Positions 1 through 12,316 are shown, counted from the stretch's first letter. The stretch is 24,000 bases of DNA from Ralstonia flatus (GCF_958439105.1 NZ_CAUDLI010000006.1:35261-59260); one strand, 5' to 3'. Numbers and translations: made by a program. Notes: a model not told the origin generated them from the letters alone.

Positions 1-111
1 ATAGCTGGGCCGGGTCGGACGCGGCGACAGCCCGACCACGGCAATGGTCTTGGCCGACAACAGCCGGCGCATGGTGGCTTGCTCATCGACGTAGGAAGGA
101 TTGGCGGACAT
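1..111 (-). CDS. CoA-binding domain protein (YccU-like), N-terminal part only; truncated by window edge
   Basis: Reverse-strand ATG at 109-111 opens MSANPSYVDEQATMRRLLSAKTIAVVGLSPRPTRPSY to the window edge; the TIAVVGLSxxPxRPSY motif is typical of the CoA_binding_2 family. Not in the supplied ORF track because no stop is present. Confidence 0.85.
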   Translation of the reverse strand, partial: MSANPSYVDEQATMRRLLSAKTIAVVGLSPRPTRPSY

Positions 112-131
112 GGTTGGCAATGCAGTGGCAA

Positions 132-1274
132 TCAGGTTGTGGGCCGCTTGCATGCGGCGCCGAGGTCATCGATGCGCACCGCAGCACGGAACGCGCCCGA
201 CGAATACGGCCCCACTTCATACGGCCCGTAGTGCACGACGATGCGGTCTCCTTGCAGCGTAAACGGAAACGCGGCGTTACGCAGGTCCTTCTCCTTGAGC
301 GCGCCGCGCGGTGCATCGGGCGCGCCTTCGCGCTTGAGCGCATCGACAATCTGCGTATTGAAGCTCTGCAGGCAGGCGGATGTAGGGTTCAGCACATCGG
401 CCAGGGCAATCGGCTGAAAGCCCTGCGCGCCGCGTCGCCAGTTGCCGGCGGTGAAGCTGTAGTTGCCATGCGCGCCGCCGCTGTAAGCCCACACCATGCG
501 CAAGAGGCTGATGGTGTCGCCAAGGCCGACGGCGCTGATGCGGATGACGCATTCGGTGTCGAACTGGTCACACTTGCGCACGCGCAGCGATTGGATGAGC
601 GCGTCGGTGGCCGCGTCGCCCGTCACCGGATAGCGCTCGGTCAGTTTGGCCTGGCCGGAGGCGGCCGTGGTCTCCTGATAGCGCGCCAGCCGCTTGAGCG
701 TAAAAGGCTGACTGCGGCCACCGTCGCTCCACGTACCGGTGGCGGTAGCGCCGTCGCTTGAGAGCGCACCGGAGAGCGTCCCGCCTTCGCGCACGACGGG
801 CTGGCCAGCCGCATCGAGCGCTTCTGCGCGCTCGCGCCACACGAAGCGACGATCGGGCGCGTTGCGGCCTTCGATGGTCCAGAAGGCGCGGCCCTGGGGG
901 CGATCATCGTAGGCTTCGCCGGTGAGCGTGTCGGCCACCGGGTCTTTGTCTTTGTCTTGCTCTTTGGGAGCTGCGTCGTACACGTTCAGCCAGACGTTCC
1001 AGCCGGGGCCGTCCGGGCCCTTGCCCACCGTGCCCTGCCAGAAACTTCCGGCCAGTCGCTCGTGCTGCTCTTTCGTTTTTGCAAGAGGGGCAGTTGGTGC
1101 AGAAGCAACAGGTGCGGAGGCTGGCGGCGCACTCGCAGAGGTGGCAGGCGCAGCAGCGGCCGCTTCAGTGCCGCCCTGTGCGGCTCCGACCCCGCCAAGT
1201 GCCCCCATCAAGGTAACAAAAACGCCCGCGCTCACCGACTTCTGCAACACATGGTGCATCGCATGCCTGTGCAT
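132..1274 (-). CDS. Putative secreted/envelope protein with DUF3298-like C-terminal domain
   Basis: Long ORF; the start at 1274 (MHRHAMHHVLQKSVSAGVFVTLMGALGGVGAAQG, signal-like) is preceded by AAGGAGGG at good spacing, so it is preferred over the 1361 start. C-terminus ...IVVHYGPYEVGPYSSGAFRAAVRI resembles DUF3298/RsiV-type domains. Confidence 0.7.
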   Translation of the reverse strand: MHRHAMHHVLQKSVSAGVFVTLMGALGGVGAAQGGTEAAAAAPATSASAPPASAPVASAPTAPLAKTKEQHERLAGSFWQGTVGKGPDGPGWNVWLNVYDAAPKEQDKDKDPVADTLTGEAYDDRPQGRAFWTIEGRNAPDRRFVWRERAEALDAAGQPVVREGGTLSGALSSDGATATGTWSDGGRSQPFTLKRLARYQETTAASGQAKLTERYPVTGDAATDALIQSLRVRKCDQFDTECVIRISAVGLGDTISLLRMVWAYSGGAHGNYSFTAGNWRRGAQGFQPIALADVLNPTSACLQSFNTQIVDALKREGAPDAPRGALKEKDLRNAAFPFTLQGDRIVVHYGPYEVGPYSSGAFRAAVRIDDLGAACKRPTT

Positions 1275-1623
1275 GCCTCCCTCCTTATCAACGCGACACC
1301 CCAGACTAGGACACACACCGTTGGTTCGCCGTTTTCCAAGCCCAGTCTGCCTGAGCGGCAAACCGGTGGGACTGTGCAGGTGCAGCAGGCGTTCCCTGAA
1401 AACGTCTGTGAAGCGATTTCGGGCTCACACAGAGCGGCCTTTACAGCGCTTGCATTCGATTGCAATCCGACACACTTTGTTACGCCTCAGGGCCACCCCG
1501 TCACCCACAATGCCTTCGCACCTCAACGTTTGTGTCCAAATGTTGTGCGCCAGATCCGGCCCCGGAAGACCCATCCGCCCAGCGCGCTCGTGACGACACC
1601 GCTCCCGGTGCAAAGTTACCCCC

Positions 1624-1693
1624 TCCTTTCGAATTGACCCCTCGAAGGGATTTCCCGTCCGCGCGGTGCTCCCCGGCCCGCGCGCTTTTTTTT
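1624..1693 (+). terminator. Intrinsic terminator on + strand preceded by a second hairpin, in the intergenic region
   Basis: CGCGCGG (1660-1666) / CCGCGCG (1678-1684), 11-nt loop, then C and T8 (1686-1693). Immediately upstream is TCCTTTCGA (1624-1632) / TCGAAGGGA (1642-1650), 9 bp with one G-U. Confidence 0.6.
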
Positions 1694-1843
1694 GCCTGCG
1701 CAATTCGCGCGCCTGCCTGGCTTCCCCTCGACTGCCCACCCGGAGAAACACGCTCTTACAAAGGCAAGTCGACCCCTCGGCCCCTGCCGCGTTAAATGGA
1801 GACATCCACGCGGCGCAGGCCGCCATAAAAACGAGGGCTCATC

Positions 1844-4231
1844 ATGTCCAAGGCTTCCCGTCGTTCCGCTGTCTCCGGTGTGCGGCTGCCGCATGTGTTG
1901 CGCGCGGTAGGCGTTGCCGCCGTATTGCTCGTCTGCGGTGCGCAAGCCGCAATGGCCGCCGACCCGGCTTCGCGGGTGGCGCGGCTGTCGGACTTTTCGG
2001 GCACGGTGAGCTTCGCGCCCGCGGGGTCCGACGACTGGGCGGGCGCCTCGCTCAACCGCCCGCTCACCACGGGCGACCGCCTGTGGTCCGACCAGGGCAG
2101 CCACAGCGAACTCCATGTCGGCTCCACGGCGCTGCGCCTGGGCCAAAACACCGGCGCCACGCTCGTCGACCTGGACGACCGCAATACGCAAGTGAAGCTC
2201 ACACAAGGCGCGCTGTCGGTTCGCGTACGCTCGCTGCCGCCCGACCAGACCATCGAGATCGATACGCCGAACCTGGCGTTTACGCCGCAGGCACCGGGCG
2301 AATACCGCATCGACGTCGCCCCCGACGGCTCAAGCACGACCGTGACCGTCTGGCGTGGTCAGGGCACAGCCTACGGCGATGACCGCTCCACGCCGCTGGG
2401 CGCCGGGCAGCAAATCCGTTTTGGCGGCACGGACCTCGCCGAAGTGGGCGGCACCGACAACCCGGGCCGCGACGCCTTCGACCGCTGGGCCGAATCGCGC
2501 GACGCCCGCGAAGACGCTTCCGTGTCCGCCCGCTACGTCGGCCGCGAAATGACCGGCTACGAAGCCCTCGACGACAACGGCACGTGGCGTGAAGAGGACG
2601 GCTACGGCGCCGTGTGGGTACCGCGCGCCGTGCCCGCCGGCTGGGCACCGTATCGCACGGGCCATTGGGCCTGGGTGGCGCCGTGGGGCTGGACGTGGGT
2701 CGATGACGCACCGTGGGGGTTCGCCCCCTTCCACTACGGCCGCTGGGCGTACGTCGGCACGACGTGGTGCTGGGTGCCGGGGCCGGTGGTACCGCGGCCG
2801 GTGTATGCGCCGGCGCTGGTCGGTTTCGTGGGCGGTGGAGGCGGCGGCGGAGTGAGCTGGGGGATCAACATCTCGATCGGCTCGCCGGGTGTGGCGTGGT
2901 TCCCGCTCGCTCCGGGCGAAGCGTATCGCCCTGTGTATGCGGCCAGCCCGACCTACGTAACGAACATCAACCGCACGGTGGTGGTGAACAACGTCACGGT
3001 CAACAAGACGATCATCAACAACACCAACGTGACCAACACCCGAAACGTGAATCGGGTGACGTACGTCAACGCCAACAACCCCGCCGCGCTGACGGCCGTG
3101 CCTGCCAAGACGTTCGTCAACGGCCAGCCGGTCGGCCCCGCGATGACGCGTCTGCGGCCGGAGCAATTGCGCGCGCAGATGGCGCATGCGCAGTTTGTTT
3201 CGACACCAGCGCTGGCCCCGGTGCGCGCCAGCCTCGTGGGTGCTGCAGCCAACGGCGGGCCGCATCAGTTGCCGCCGCAGCAGGTGTTTGCGCGTCAGGC
3301 GATCGCGGTACGCGCACCCGCCGTGTCGGCGGCCGGGCACGATGCCTTGGCAGAGCGGTTCCGCTCACAGGGCGGCGCGCTGCCGGGCGCTGGCCCGGCC
3401 TGGACGGGCGGCAACGTGAGCCCCCGCATCGCGCCCGTGCGAGGCCAAGCCAGTGCCGGAATGCCGCCCGCTCCCGTAGCTGCGCAGGCAGCAGGGCTCC
3501 GTTTGAGTCGCGCCGCGCAGAATGTGCAGAGCGGACCTGCACGCGCCGGCGGCGAGCTTGGCCGACCGCCGGAGCAGCACGGTGCGAACGGGCCACAAGG
3601 TTTGATCGGCTCCCCGAACCCGCAAGGTGCGCAGCCACAGCGCGGCGGCCAGCCGGGGCCGGCTCCGCAGGCGCTGATGGCACCGGGCTCGATCAATCGC
3701 CCACGTCCGCAGCCAGGCGCCGCTGCACCGCAGGAGCGCCCTGCCCAACCGCAGACCGCGCAGGCACCGCAAGGCCCGGCCGGCCTGACGACACGCCCAC
3801 CGCAGCGTGAGGGCGCACCCGGTACGCCGCGTGACGAACGCCACGCCTTTGAGCCGCGCCCCCAACTGCCCCAAGCGCCGCAACCTCAGCCTCAGCTTCA
3901 ACCACAGCGCGGTGGCCAGGAGCCGAATCGCTTCAACGGCAACCCGACAGCGACCCCGCAAGAGCGCCCGCACAACGAGCCGCCGCAGATGCGCGTGCCC
4001 CGCGAGCCGGAGCAGCACCGGCCGGAACCGCACATGGAAGCACCGCGTCCTGCACCGCAGCCGCAACCGCACGTTGAGATGCGCCCGCCTCAACCGCAGC
4101 CCCAACCGCGTCCGCCTGAAGCGCGCCCGCCTCAACCTCAGGCGCAGCCGCCTCGCCAGGAGCACCACGAAAGCCAACCGCATCCGCAAGGCAATCGCGG
4201 TGAAGAGAAGCGCGAAGGCGAGCACCGCTGA
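1844..4231 (+). CDS. FecR-domain / DUF6600-like envelope protein with long Pro/Gln-rich C-terminal tail
   Basis: 795 aa ORF with hydrophobic N-terminus ending ...AQAAMAADPA, FecR-like beta region, repeated W/G/Y motifs (WAWVAPWGWTWVDDAPWGFAPFHYGRW), Asn/Val-rich segment (VVVNNVTVNKTIINNTNVTNTRNVNRV) and PQPQ-rich tail. Confidence 0.75.
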   Translation: MSKASRRSAVSGVRLPHVLRAVGVAAVLLVCGAQAAMAADPASRVARLSDFSGTVSFAPAGSDDWAGASLNRPLTTGDRLWSDQGSHSELHVGSTALRLGQNTGATLVDLDDRNTQVKLTQGALSVRVRSLPPDQTIEIDTPNLAFTPQAPGEYRIDVAPDGSSTTVTVWRGQGTAYGDDRSTPLGAGQQIRFGGTDLAEVGGTDNPGRDAFDRWAESRDAREDASVSARYVGREMTGYEALDDNGTWREEDGYGAVWVPRAVPAGWAPYRTGHWAWVAPWGWTWVDDAPWGFAPFHYGRWAYVGTTWCWVPGPVVPRPVYAPALVGFVGGGGGGGVSWGINISIGSPGVAWFPLAPGEAYRPVYAASPTYVTNINRTVVVNNVTVNKTIINNTNVTNTRNVNRVTYVNANNPAALTAVPAKTFVNGQPVGPAMTRLRPEQLRAQMAHAQFVSTPALAPVRASLVGAAANGGPHQLPPQQVFARQAIAVRAPAVSAAGHDALAERFRSQGGALPGAGPAWTGGNVSPRIAPVRGQASAGMPPAPVAAQAAGLRLSRAAQNVQSGPARAGGELGRPPEQHGANGPQGLIGSPNPQGAQPQRGGQPGPAPQALMAPGSINRPRPQPGAAAPQERPAQPQTAQAPQGPAGLTTRPPQREGAPGTPRDERHAFEPRPQLPQAPQPQPQLQPQRGGQEPNRFNGNPTATPQERPHNEPPQMRVPREPEQHRPEPHMEAPRPAPQPQPHVEMRPPQPQPQPRPPEARPPQPQAQPPRQEHHESQPHPQGNRGEEKREGEHR

Positions 4232-4256
4232 GCAGGCGCCTCGCCCGTTCATAGGC

Positions 4257-4289
4257 AAAAAAAAAGCAGCCCTTCGGGGCTGCTTTTTT
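4257..4289. terminator. Bidirectional intrinsic terminator between the convergent DUF6600-like gene and atpC
   Basis: A9 - GCAGCCC (4266-4272) TTCG GGGCTGC (4277-4283) - T6; works in both orientations between two convergent genes. Confidence 0.9.
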
Positions 4290-4330
4290 CGTCTGCGCCG
4301 GCCAATGACACCCGCCGGCACATACTTGCC

Positions 4331-4747
4331 TTAGCGCTTGCGACGCAGGCGCGCGATCGCCGCCAACTGCGCAGCGGCCACGGCCAGTTCACTTTGCGCA
4401 CGGGCCAGATCCAGGTCGCTGCTTTGGTTCTGCAGCGCCTCTTCTGCCGCACGCTTGGCTTCGTTCGCCTTGGCTTCGTCCAGGTCGTGACCGCGGATTG
4501 CGGTATCGGCCAGCACGGTCACCTTCTTCGGCTGCACTTCGAGAATGCCACCGGCAACGAACACGAACTCTTCGCCGCCATCTTCCTTCTCGATGCGCAC
4601 GGCGCCCGGCTTGATGCGCGTGATCAGCGGCGTGTGGCCGGGCAGAATGCCCAGCTCGCCGGCTTCACCAGGCAGCGCCACGAACTTGGCATTGCCGGAG
4701 AAGATCTCGTGCTCAGCGCTGACGACGTCTACATGAATGGTTGCCAT
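4331..4747 (-). CDS. atpC: F1Fo ATP synthase subunit epsilon
   Basis: 138 aa, [43 protein letters not shown]; last gene of the atp operon. Confidence 0.97.
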   Translation of the reverse strand: MATIHVDVVSAEHEIFSGNAKFVALPGEAGELGILPGHTPLITRIKPGAVRIEKEDGGEEFVFVAGGILEVQPKKVTVLADTAIRGHDLDEAKANEAKRAAEEALQNQSSDLDLARAQSELAVAAAQLAAIARLRRKR

Positions 4748-4838
4748 CTCGATTCCTTTGCTCAGAAAAGCGGCTCCCTGAAGGGGCTTCAGGAAGCCAG
4801 TACTGGCGCCGGCTTACGCACGGTGCCAGACGTTGCTC

Positions 4839-6281
<1,443 letters not shown>

Positions 6282-6284
6282 CTA

Positions 6285-7160
6285 TCAGACTGCAGCTGCG
6301 CCGCTGACGATCTCGGACAGTTCCTTCGTGATCGCTGCCTGACGGGTCTTGTTGTAGACCAGTTGCAGTTCGCCGATCACGTTCTTCGCGTTGTCCGAAG
6401 CCGCCTTCATCGCCACCATCCGGGCCGATTGCTCGGACGCCATGTTCTCGGCCACCGCCTGGTACACCAGCGCCTCGACGTAGCGGATCAGCAGCTCGTC
6501 GACCACCGTTTGCGCATCCGGCTCGTAGATGTAGTCCCACGAGTAGGCCTGCTTCTCGGCGTCGGTCTGCGCGAGCTTGTCGGCGGTCAGCGGCAGCAGC
6601 TGCTCGACCACCGGCTCCTGCTTCATCGTGTTGATGAAGCGGGTGTACGCTAGGTACACGGCATCGATCTGGCCTGCGTTGAACGCGTCCAGCTGCACCT
6701 TGATCGCACCGATCAGCTTTTCCAGATGCGGCGTGTCGCCCAGATGCACGACGTTCGAGACGACCTTGGCACCGACGCGGCCCAGGAACTGCATGCCCTT
6801 GGTACCGATGGCGGTGGTTTGCGTCTCAACGCCCTTGTTCTGCAGATCGCGCAGTTGGGTAGTGACGGCACGCAGCACGTTGGTGTTCAAGCCACCGCAC
6901 AGGCCCTTGTCCGTCGTCACCACGATCAGGCCGGCACGCTTGATGTCGCGTGCCACCATGAACGGGTGCTTGTACTCCGGATTGGCCAGTGCCATGTGCG
7001 CAGCCACGTTGCGGATCTTCTCGGCGTACGGGCGGGCAGCACGCATCCGTTCCTGCGCCTTGCGCATCTTCGATGCGGCGACCATTTCCATCGCCTTGGT
7101 GATCTTGCGCGTGTTTTGCACGCTCTTGATCTTGGTGCGGATTTCTTTTGTTCCGGCCAT
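6285..7160 (-). CDS. atpG: F1Fo ATP synthase subunit gamma
   Basis: [36 protein letters not shown]; start trimmed from 7178 to the conserved MAGTKEI at 7160, preceded by a GAGGAAG ribosome-binding-like sequence. Confidence 0.97.
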   Translation of the reverse strand: MAGTKEIRTKIKSVQNTRKITKAMEMVAASKMRKAQERMRAARPYAEKIRNVAAHMALANPEYKHPFMVARDIKRAGLIVVTTDKGLCGGLNTNVLRAVTTQLRDLQNKGVETQTTAIGTKGMQFLGRVGAKVVSNVVHLGDTPHLEKLIGAIKVQLDAFNAGQIDAVYLAYTRFINTMKQEPVVEQLLPLTADKLAQTDAEKQAYSWDYIYEPDAQTVVDELLIRYVEALVYQAVAENMASEQSARMVAMKAASDNAKNVIGELQLVYNKTRQAAITKELSEIVSGAAAV

Positions 7161-7224
7161 TTCTTCCTCTCCGTTCAAACCTGGTCACGCAGGCTACGCG
7201 TGACCAGTTTCGGGAATGACGCGG

Positions 7225-8766
7225 TTAGAACGCGGCGGACTTCTTGAAATCCTCGATCGCGGCACGCAGGGCGGCCTCATCTTCCTTCGACAGATCCTTC
7301 GTATCTTCGATGCGGTTGATGAGATCGGCGTACTTCGTCTTCAGCGTGTCGTGCAGGCCCTTTTCGAAAGCCAGGATGTCCTTCACGTCCACGTTGTCGA
7401 GGAAGCCGTTGTTGGCTGCGTACAGCGACGCGGCCAGCTGCCACACTTGCAGCGGCTGGTATTGCGGCTGCTTGAGCAGTTCGGTCACGCGGCGGCCGCG
7501 CTCGAGCTGCTTGCGGGTCGCTTCGTCCAGGTCGGAAGCAAACTGCGCGAACGCAGCCAGTTCACGATACTGAGCCAAGTCGGTACGGATACCGCCCGAC
7601 AGCTTCTTGATGACCTTGGTCTGAGCAGCACCACCCACACGCGACACCGAAATACCGGCGTTGATTGCGGGGCGCACACCGGCGTTGAACAGATCGGTTT
7701 CCAGGAAGATCTGGCCGTCGGTAATCGAGATCACGTTGGTCGGAACGAACGCGGACACGTCGCCGGCCTGCGTTTCGATCACGGGCAGTGCGGTCAGCGA
7801 ACCGGTCTTGCCCTTGACTTCACCGTTGGTGATCTTCTCGATGTGATCGGCGTTCACACGTGCAGCGCGCTCCAGCAGACGCGAGTGCAGGTAGAACACG
7901 TCACCCGGGTAAGCTTCGCGGCCAGGCGGGCGGCGCAGCAGCAGCGAAACCTGACGGTACGCCCAAGCTTGCTTGGTCAGATCGTCATACACGATCAGGG
8001 CGTCTTCGCCGCGGTCGCGGAAGTATTCGCCCATCGTGCAGCCGGCGTAGGCCGACAGGTACTGCATGGCAGCGGAGTCCGAAGCGGCAGCGGCCACCAC
8101 GATCGTGTATTCCAGCGCGCCGTGCTCTTCGAGCTTGCGCACCACGTTGGCGATCGTCGAAGCCTTCTGGCCGATTGCCACGTACACGCAGAAGATGCCC
8201 TTGCCCTTCTGGTTGATGATGGCGTCGACTGCAACAGCGGTCTTGCCGGTCTGGCGGTCGCCGATGATCAGCTCACGCTGGCCACGGCCGATCGGCACCA
8301 TTGCGTCGATCGACTTCAGGCCGGTCTGCACCGGCTGGCTCACCGATTGACGTGCGATCACGCCCGGAGCGACCTTTTCGATCACGTCCGTCTTCTTGGC
8401 GTTGATCGGGCCCTTGCCGTCGATCGGCTGGCCCAGTGCGTTGACCACGCGGCCCAGCAGTTCCGGGCCAACCGGCACTTCCAGAATGCGGCCCGTGCAC
8501 TTGACTTCGTCGCCTTCGGAAATGTGCTCGTATTCACCCAGCACCACAGCGCCGACGGAGTCGCGCTCGAGGTTCAGCGCGAGGCCGAACGTGTTGCCCG
8601 GGAATTCCAGCATTTCGCCTTGCATCACGCCCGACAGGCCATGAATGCGGCAGATACCGTCCGTCACGGAGATGACCGTGCCGGTGTTCTTTGCGTCAGC
8701 GCCAGCCTTCAAGCCCTCGATACGGGTCTTGATCAGGTCGCTGATCTCGGAGGGGTTCAGTTGCAT
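7225..8766 (-). CDS. atpA: F1Fo ATP synthase subunit alpha
   Basis: 513 aa, [18 protein letters not shown], Walker [10 protein letters not shown]. Confidence 0.99.
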   Translation of the reverse strand: MQLNPSEISDLIKTRIEGLKAGADAKNTGTVISVTDGICRIHGLSGVMQGEMLEFPGNTFGLALNLERDSVGAVVLGEYEHISEGDEVKCTGRILEVPVGPELLGRVVNALGQPIDGKGPINAKKTDVIEKVAPGVIARQSVSQPVQTGLKSIDAMVPIGRGQRELIIGDRQTGKTAVAVDAIINQKGKGIFCVYVAIGQKASTIANVVRKLEEHGALEYTIVVAAAASDSAAMQYLSAYAGCTMGEYFRDRGEDALIVYDDLTKQAWAYRQVSLLLRRPPGREAYPGDVFYLHSRLLERAARVNADHIEKITNGEVKGKTGSLTALPVIETQAGDVSAFVPTNVISITDGQIFLETDLFNAGVRPAINAGISVSRVGGAAQTKVIKKLSGGIRTDLAQYRELAAFAQFASDLDEATRKQLERGRRVTELLKQPQYQPLQVWQLAASLYAANNGFLDNVDVKDILAFEKGLHDTLKTKYADLINRIEDTKDLSKEDEAALRAAIEDFKKSAAF

Positions 8767-8839
8767 CGAATGCTCCTAATTCTTCAATCTGTCTGCGGGC
8801 GCGATATCGTCGATTGCATCGGCGCCTCGCGAAACAGCA

Positions 8840-9376
8840 TTACGCGGCGGTCAGCGCAGACTGCATCTGCGTCAGGCGCGCGCGCACCGAGGTGTCGAGC
8901 ACTTCGTCGCCAATCTGCACACGCACGCCGCCGATCAACGAAGGATCGACGCTCACGTGAGCCTGCAGCTTCTTGCCGAACTTGCGTTCAAGCGTGGCGA
9001 CCAGTTCGGTCAGGGGCGCGCCCTCAAGCGGGAACGCACTGGTGATCTCGACGTCGGCGGCGCCTTCGCTGGCGTTCCGCAGCACATGGAATTGCGCGGC
9101 AATTTCCGGCAGCAGCGACAGGCGCTTGTTGGCCACCAGCAGGCCAACCAGTTCCTTCGCCTCATGCGAAACCGGAGATTTCAGCGCCGACAGGAAGATC
9201 CCCGCCACATCGGCTTTGGAGAGCTTCGGATCATCGGCGATTGCCTTCATGTCAGGCACGGCGGCAATTTGCCCCATTTCCGACACAAGCTCAGACCATG
9301 CACCCAGATTGCCGGCCTTCGCCACGCGGAACAGCGCCTCTGCGTACGGACGGGCAACGGTTGCGAGTTCTGCCAT
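8840..9376 (-). CDS. atpH: F1Fo ATP synthase subunit delta
   Basis: 178 aa, [31 protein letters not shown]; position in operon. Confidence 0.96.
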   Translation of the reverse strand: MAELATVARPYAEALFRVAKAGNLGAWSELVSEMGQIAAVPDMKAIADDPKLSKADVAGIFLSALKSPVSHEAKELVGLLVANKRLSLLPEIAAQFHVLRNASEGAADVEITSAFPLEGAPLTELVATLERKFGKKLQAHVSVDPSLIGGVRVQIGDEVLDTSVRARLTQMQSALTAA

Positions 9377-9378
9377 GA

Positions 9379-9849
9379 TTACAGCTCAGCCTTGAGTTGA
9401 TTGAGCAGATCGGCGTGGACCTGCGCATTGACTTCACGCTTGAGGATCTGCTCGGCACCCTTGACGGCCAGCGTGGCAACCTGGTCACGCAGCGATTCAC
9501 GCGCGCGCACGGTTTGCTGCTCGGCTTCGGCCTTGGCTTGCGCGATGATGCGCGCGGCTTCGGCTTGGGCGTTTTGCTTGATCTCTTCGGCGCTCATCTG
9601 GGCACGCTTTTCAGCGTCCGCGATGCGTTGCGCGCCTTCATTGCGCGCTTCGGTCAGTGCCTGCTCGACCCGCTTGTTGGCCAGCTCCAGCTCAGCCTTG
9701 CCCTTATCGGCAGCGGCCAGGCCATCGGCGATTTTCTTCGCGCGTTCGTCGAGCGCCTTCACCAGGGGCGGCCAAATGAATTTGGCAACAACCCACCACA
9801 GGATGAAGAACACGACCATCTGCGCGACGAGTGTGGCGTTCAGGTTCAT
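9379..9849 (-). CDS. atpF: F1Fo ATP synthase subunit b
   Basis: 156 aa, [29 protein letters not shown] then long charged helix. Confidence 0.97.
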   Translation of the reverse strand: MNLNATLVAQMVVFFILWWVVAKFIWPPLVKALDERAKKIADGLAAADKGKAELELANKRVEQALTEARNEGAQRIADAEKRAQMSAEEIKQNAQAEAARIIAQAKAEAEQQTVRARESLRDQVATLAVKGAEQILKREVNAQVHADLLNQLKAEL

Positions 9850-9955
9850 GGTGTGTTCCTTTCGGTATTGAGACTACGGATCAATGCACGAAGCGGCGAG
9901 GGTCACGCGGAGCGTTCACCCAGGCCGCCTCCGGCATCATGCAGACCGAAAAGAA

Positions 9956-10234
<279 letters not shown>

Positions 10235-10305
10235 TTACGTGAAAGACTAAGAACTTGAGAACTTGGAAAAATCAAACGGAACCGGAGAACCTGAACCGCA
10301 ACTAC

Positions 10306-11193
<888 letters not shown>

Positions 11194-11417
11194 TCAGTCC
11201 AATATTGCGAAACATTCTTCGTGATCCGTTCCGACCCGCGCCCGATTCAGCCAGGTGTCTCCTGGAGATCGCGGACTGCACGCGGCTGAAACGCGCCACC
11301 TTATTCTTGCGGGGTGTCAGCGCAATGAACCGGGCTTCTCCTGCCTCAGGTCCTTGCCGTATGCCAACACACCAGTGTGCCCGCCATGTCGCGGTGGGCT
11401 GGAGCCGCCTCAACGCG

Positions 11418-11987
11418 CTATCGCAGCGCGAGACCGACCCAATACATCTTGAGCGCCAGGATCAGGGTGATCAGCAAGGGCGGCCAATGCAGGCCCTTGA
11501 ACACCACCACCACGATCACCAGCAGCGCGACCGTGCCAAGCACCTTGATCGCTTCGCCCACCACGAGGCGGGCGATGGATTCGAACCCCTTGGCCGTCGA
11601 CAGCCGCATCGCGAACCATGCCGAAGGCACCACGCATACGCCGCCGCCCAGCAGCGCCGACAATCCGGCCTCGGCAGCTGACGCAGCGCCCGTGCCCGCG
11701 AACCAACTGCCGACATACCAACCGAGCGCACACAACAGTGTGATGGCCACCTGGCCGAGCACGATGGAAAAGGGCGTGATACGCGAGGCCTGCACAGCCT
11801 GCTCGCCAAACAGGGCGACCGCTTCGTCATGCGAGAGCACATGCACCGGCGGCTCCGCCTGCTCCTCATCGTCCCAACTGTCGTGCTTCGGATCCTGCAC
11901 CGACTGAGGCCGGGCGGCTTTCAACGAAGCGTAAGAATCGGGCCGTTGCCGGTCAGCTGGCTGCATGGAAGAATGTGCTTTCATCAT
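11418..11987 (-). CDS. atpI: ATP synthase subunit I (atp operon leader gene)
   Basis: 189 aa; multiple TM helices (ITPFSIVLGQVAITLLCALGWYVGSWF; LVIVVVVFKGLHWPPLLITLILALKMYWVGLALR); first gene of the operon immediately upstream of atpB. Confidence 0.85.
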   Translation of the reverse strand: MMKAHSSMQPADRQRPDSYASLKAARPQSVQDPKHDSWDDEEQAEPPVHVLSHDEAVALFGEQAVQASRITPFSIVLGQVAITLLCALGWYVGSWFAGTGAASAAEAGLSALLGGGVCVVPSAWFAMRLSTAKGFESIARLVVGEAIKVLGTVALLVIVVVVFKGLHWPPLLITLILALKMYWVGLALR

Positions 11988-12026
11988 GCCGCACCGCTTT
12001 GGGTCAGGCGGATTTAAAACCGCACG

Positions 12027-12056
12027 ATTTTACGGGACATGGCGTTCGCCAGTCAA
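12027..12056 (-). promoter_or_regulatory. Candidate sigma70-type promoter of the atp operon
   Basis: On the reverse strand TTGACT (12056-12051), 18-bp spacer, TAAAAT (12032-12027), about 40 nt upstream of the atpI ATG. Confidence 0.65.
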
Positions 12057-12316
12057 CGCACAAGCGAACGCTCGTGCGGGCGCCTTCGACAGCACTTCGC
12101 GCGGCCGTGTTCCGTTCGGCGCGCGCAATGCGGTGCTGCTGCCGGGGCACCGAATCCGCCTGATGGAGCGGCGCCCGGTTGATTCCATGATGGTGTCGGT
12201 AGCGCCTAGCGTCGATGACGTGTGAGGTAATCGCACCAATTCCGTGCGAGTCGGCGCCCGCAAATGGCGCAGCGGCAGGGATTCCGGCGCCTGCGTCAAA
12301 CTGTCGCAGATCGAGC

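Noticed and set aside
2330-3340. 336-aa reverse ORF and several overlapping ORFs within 1844-4231
   Set aside because: Arg/His/Pro-rich spurious translations over the GC-rich DUF6600-like gene, without independent start signals or domain content.
3840-4231. CAGCCGCAACCGCAACC-type tandem repetition as a DNA repeat or CRISPR-like array
   Set aside because: Irregular, coding Pro/Gln-rich low-complexity sequence with no constant repeat or spacer structure.
8951-8962. Palindrome GCTCACGTGAGC in atpH as possible parS
   Set aside because: Only the CACGTG core is shared; several mismatches to TGTTTCACGTGAAACA within coding sequence.
7216-9045. 609-aa + strand ORF antisense to atpA/atpH
   Set aside because: Same GC-driven antisense artefact; spans two unambiguous atp genes and has no recognisable domain.
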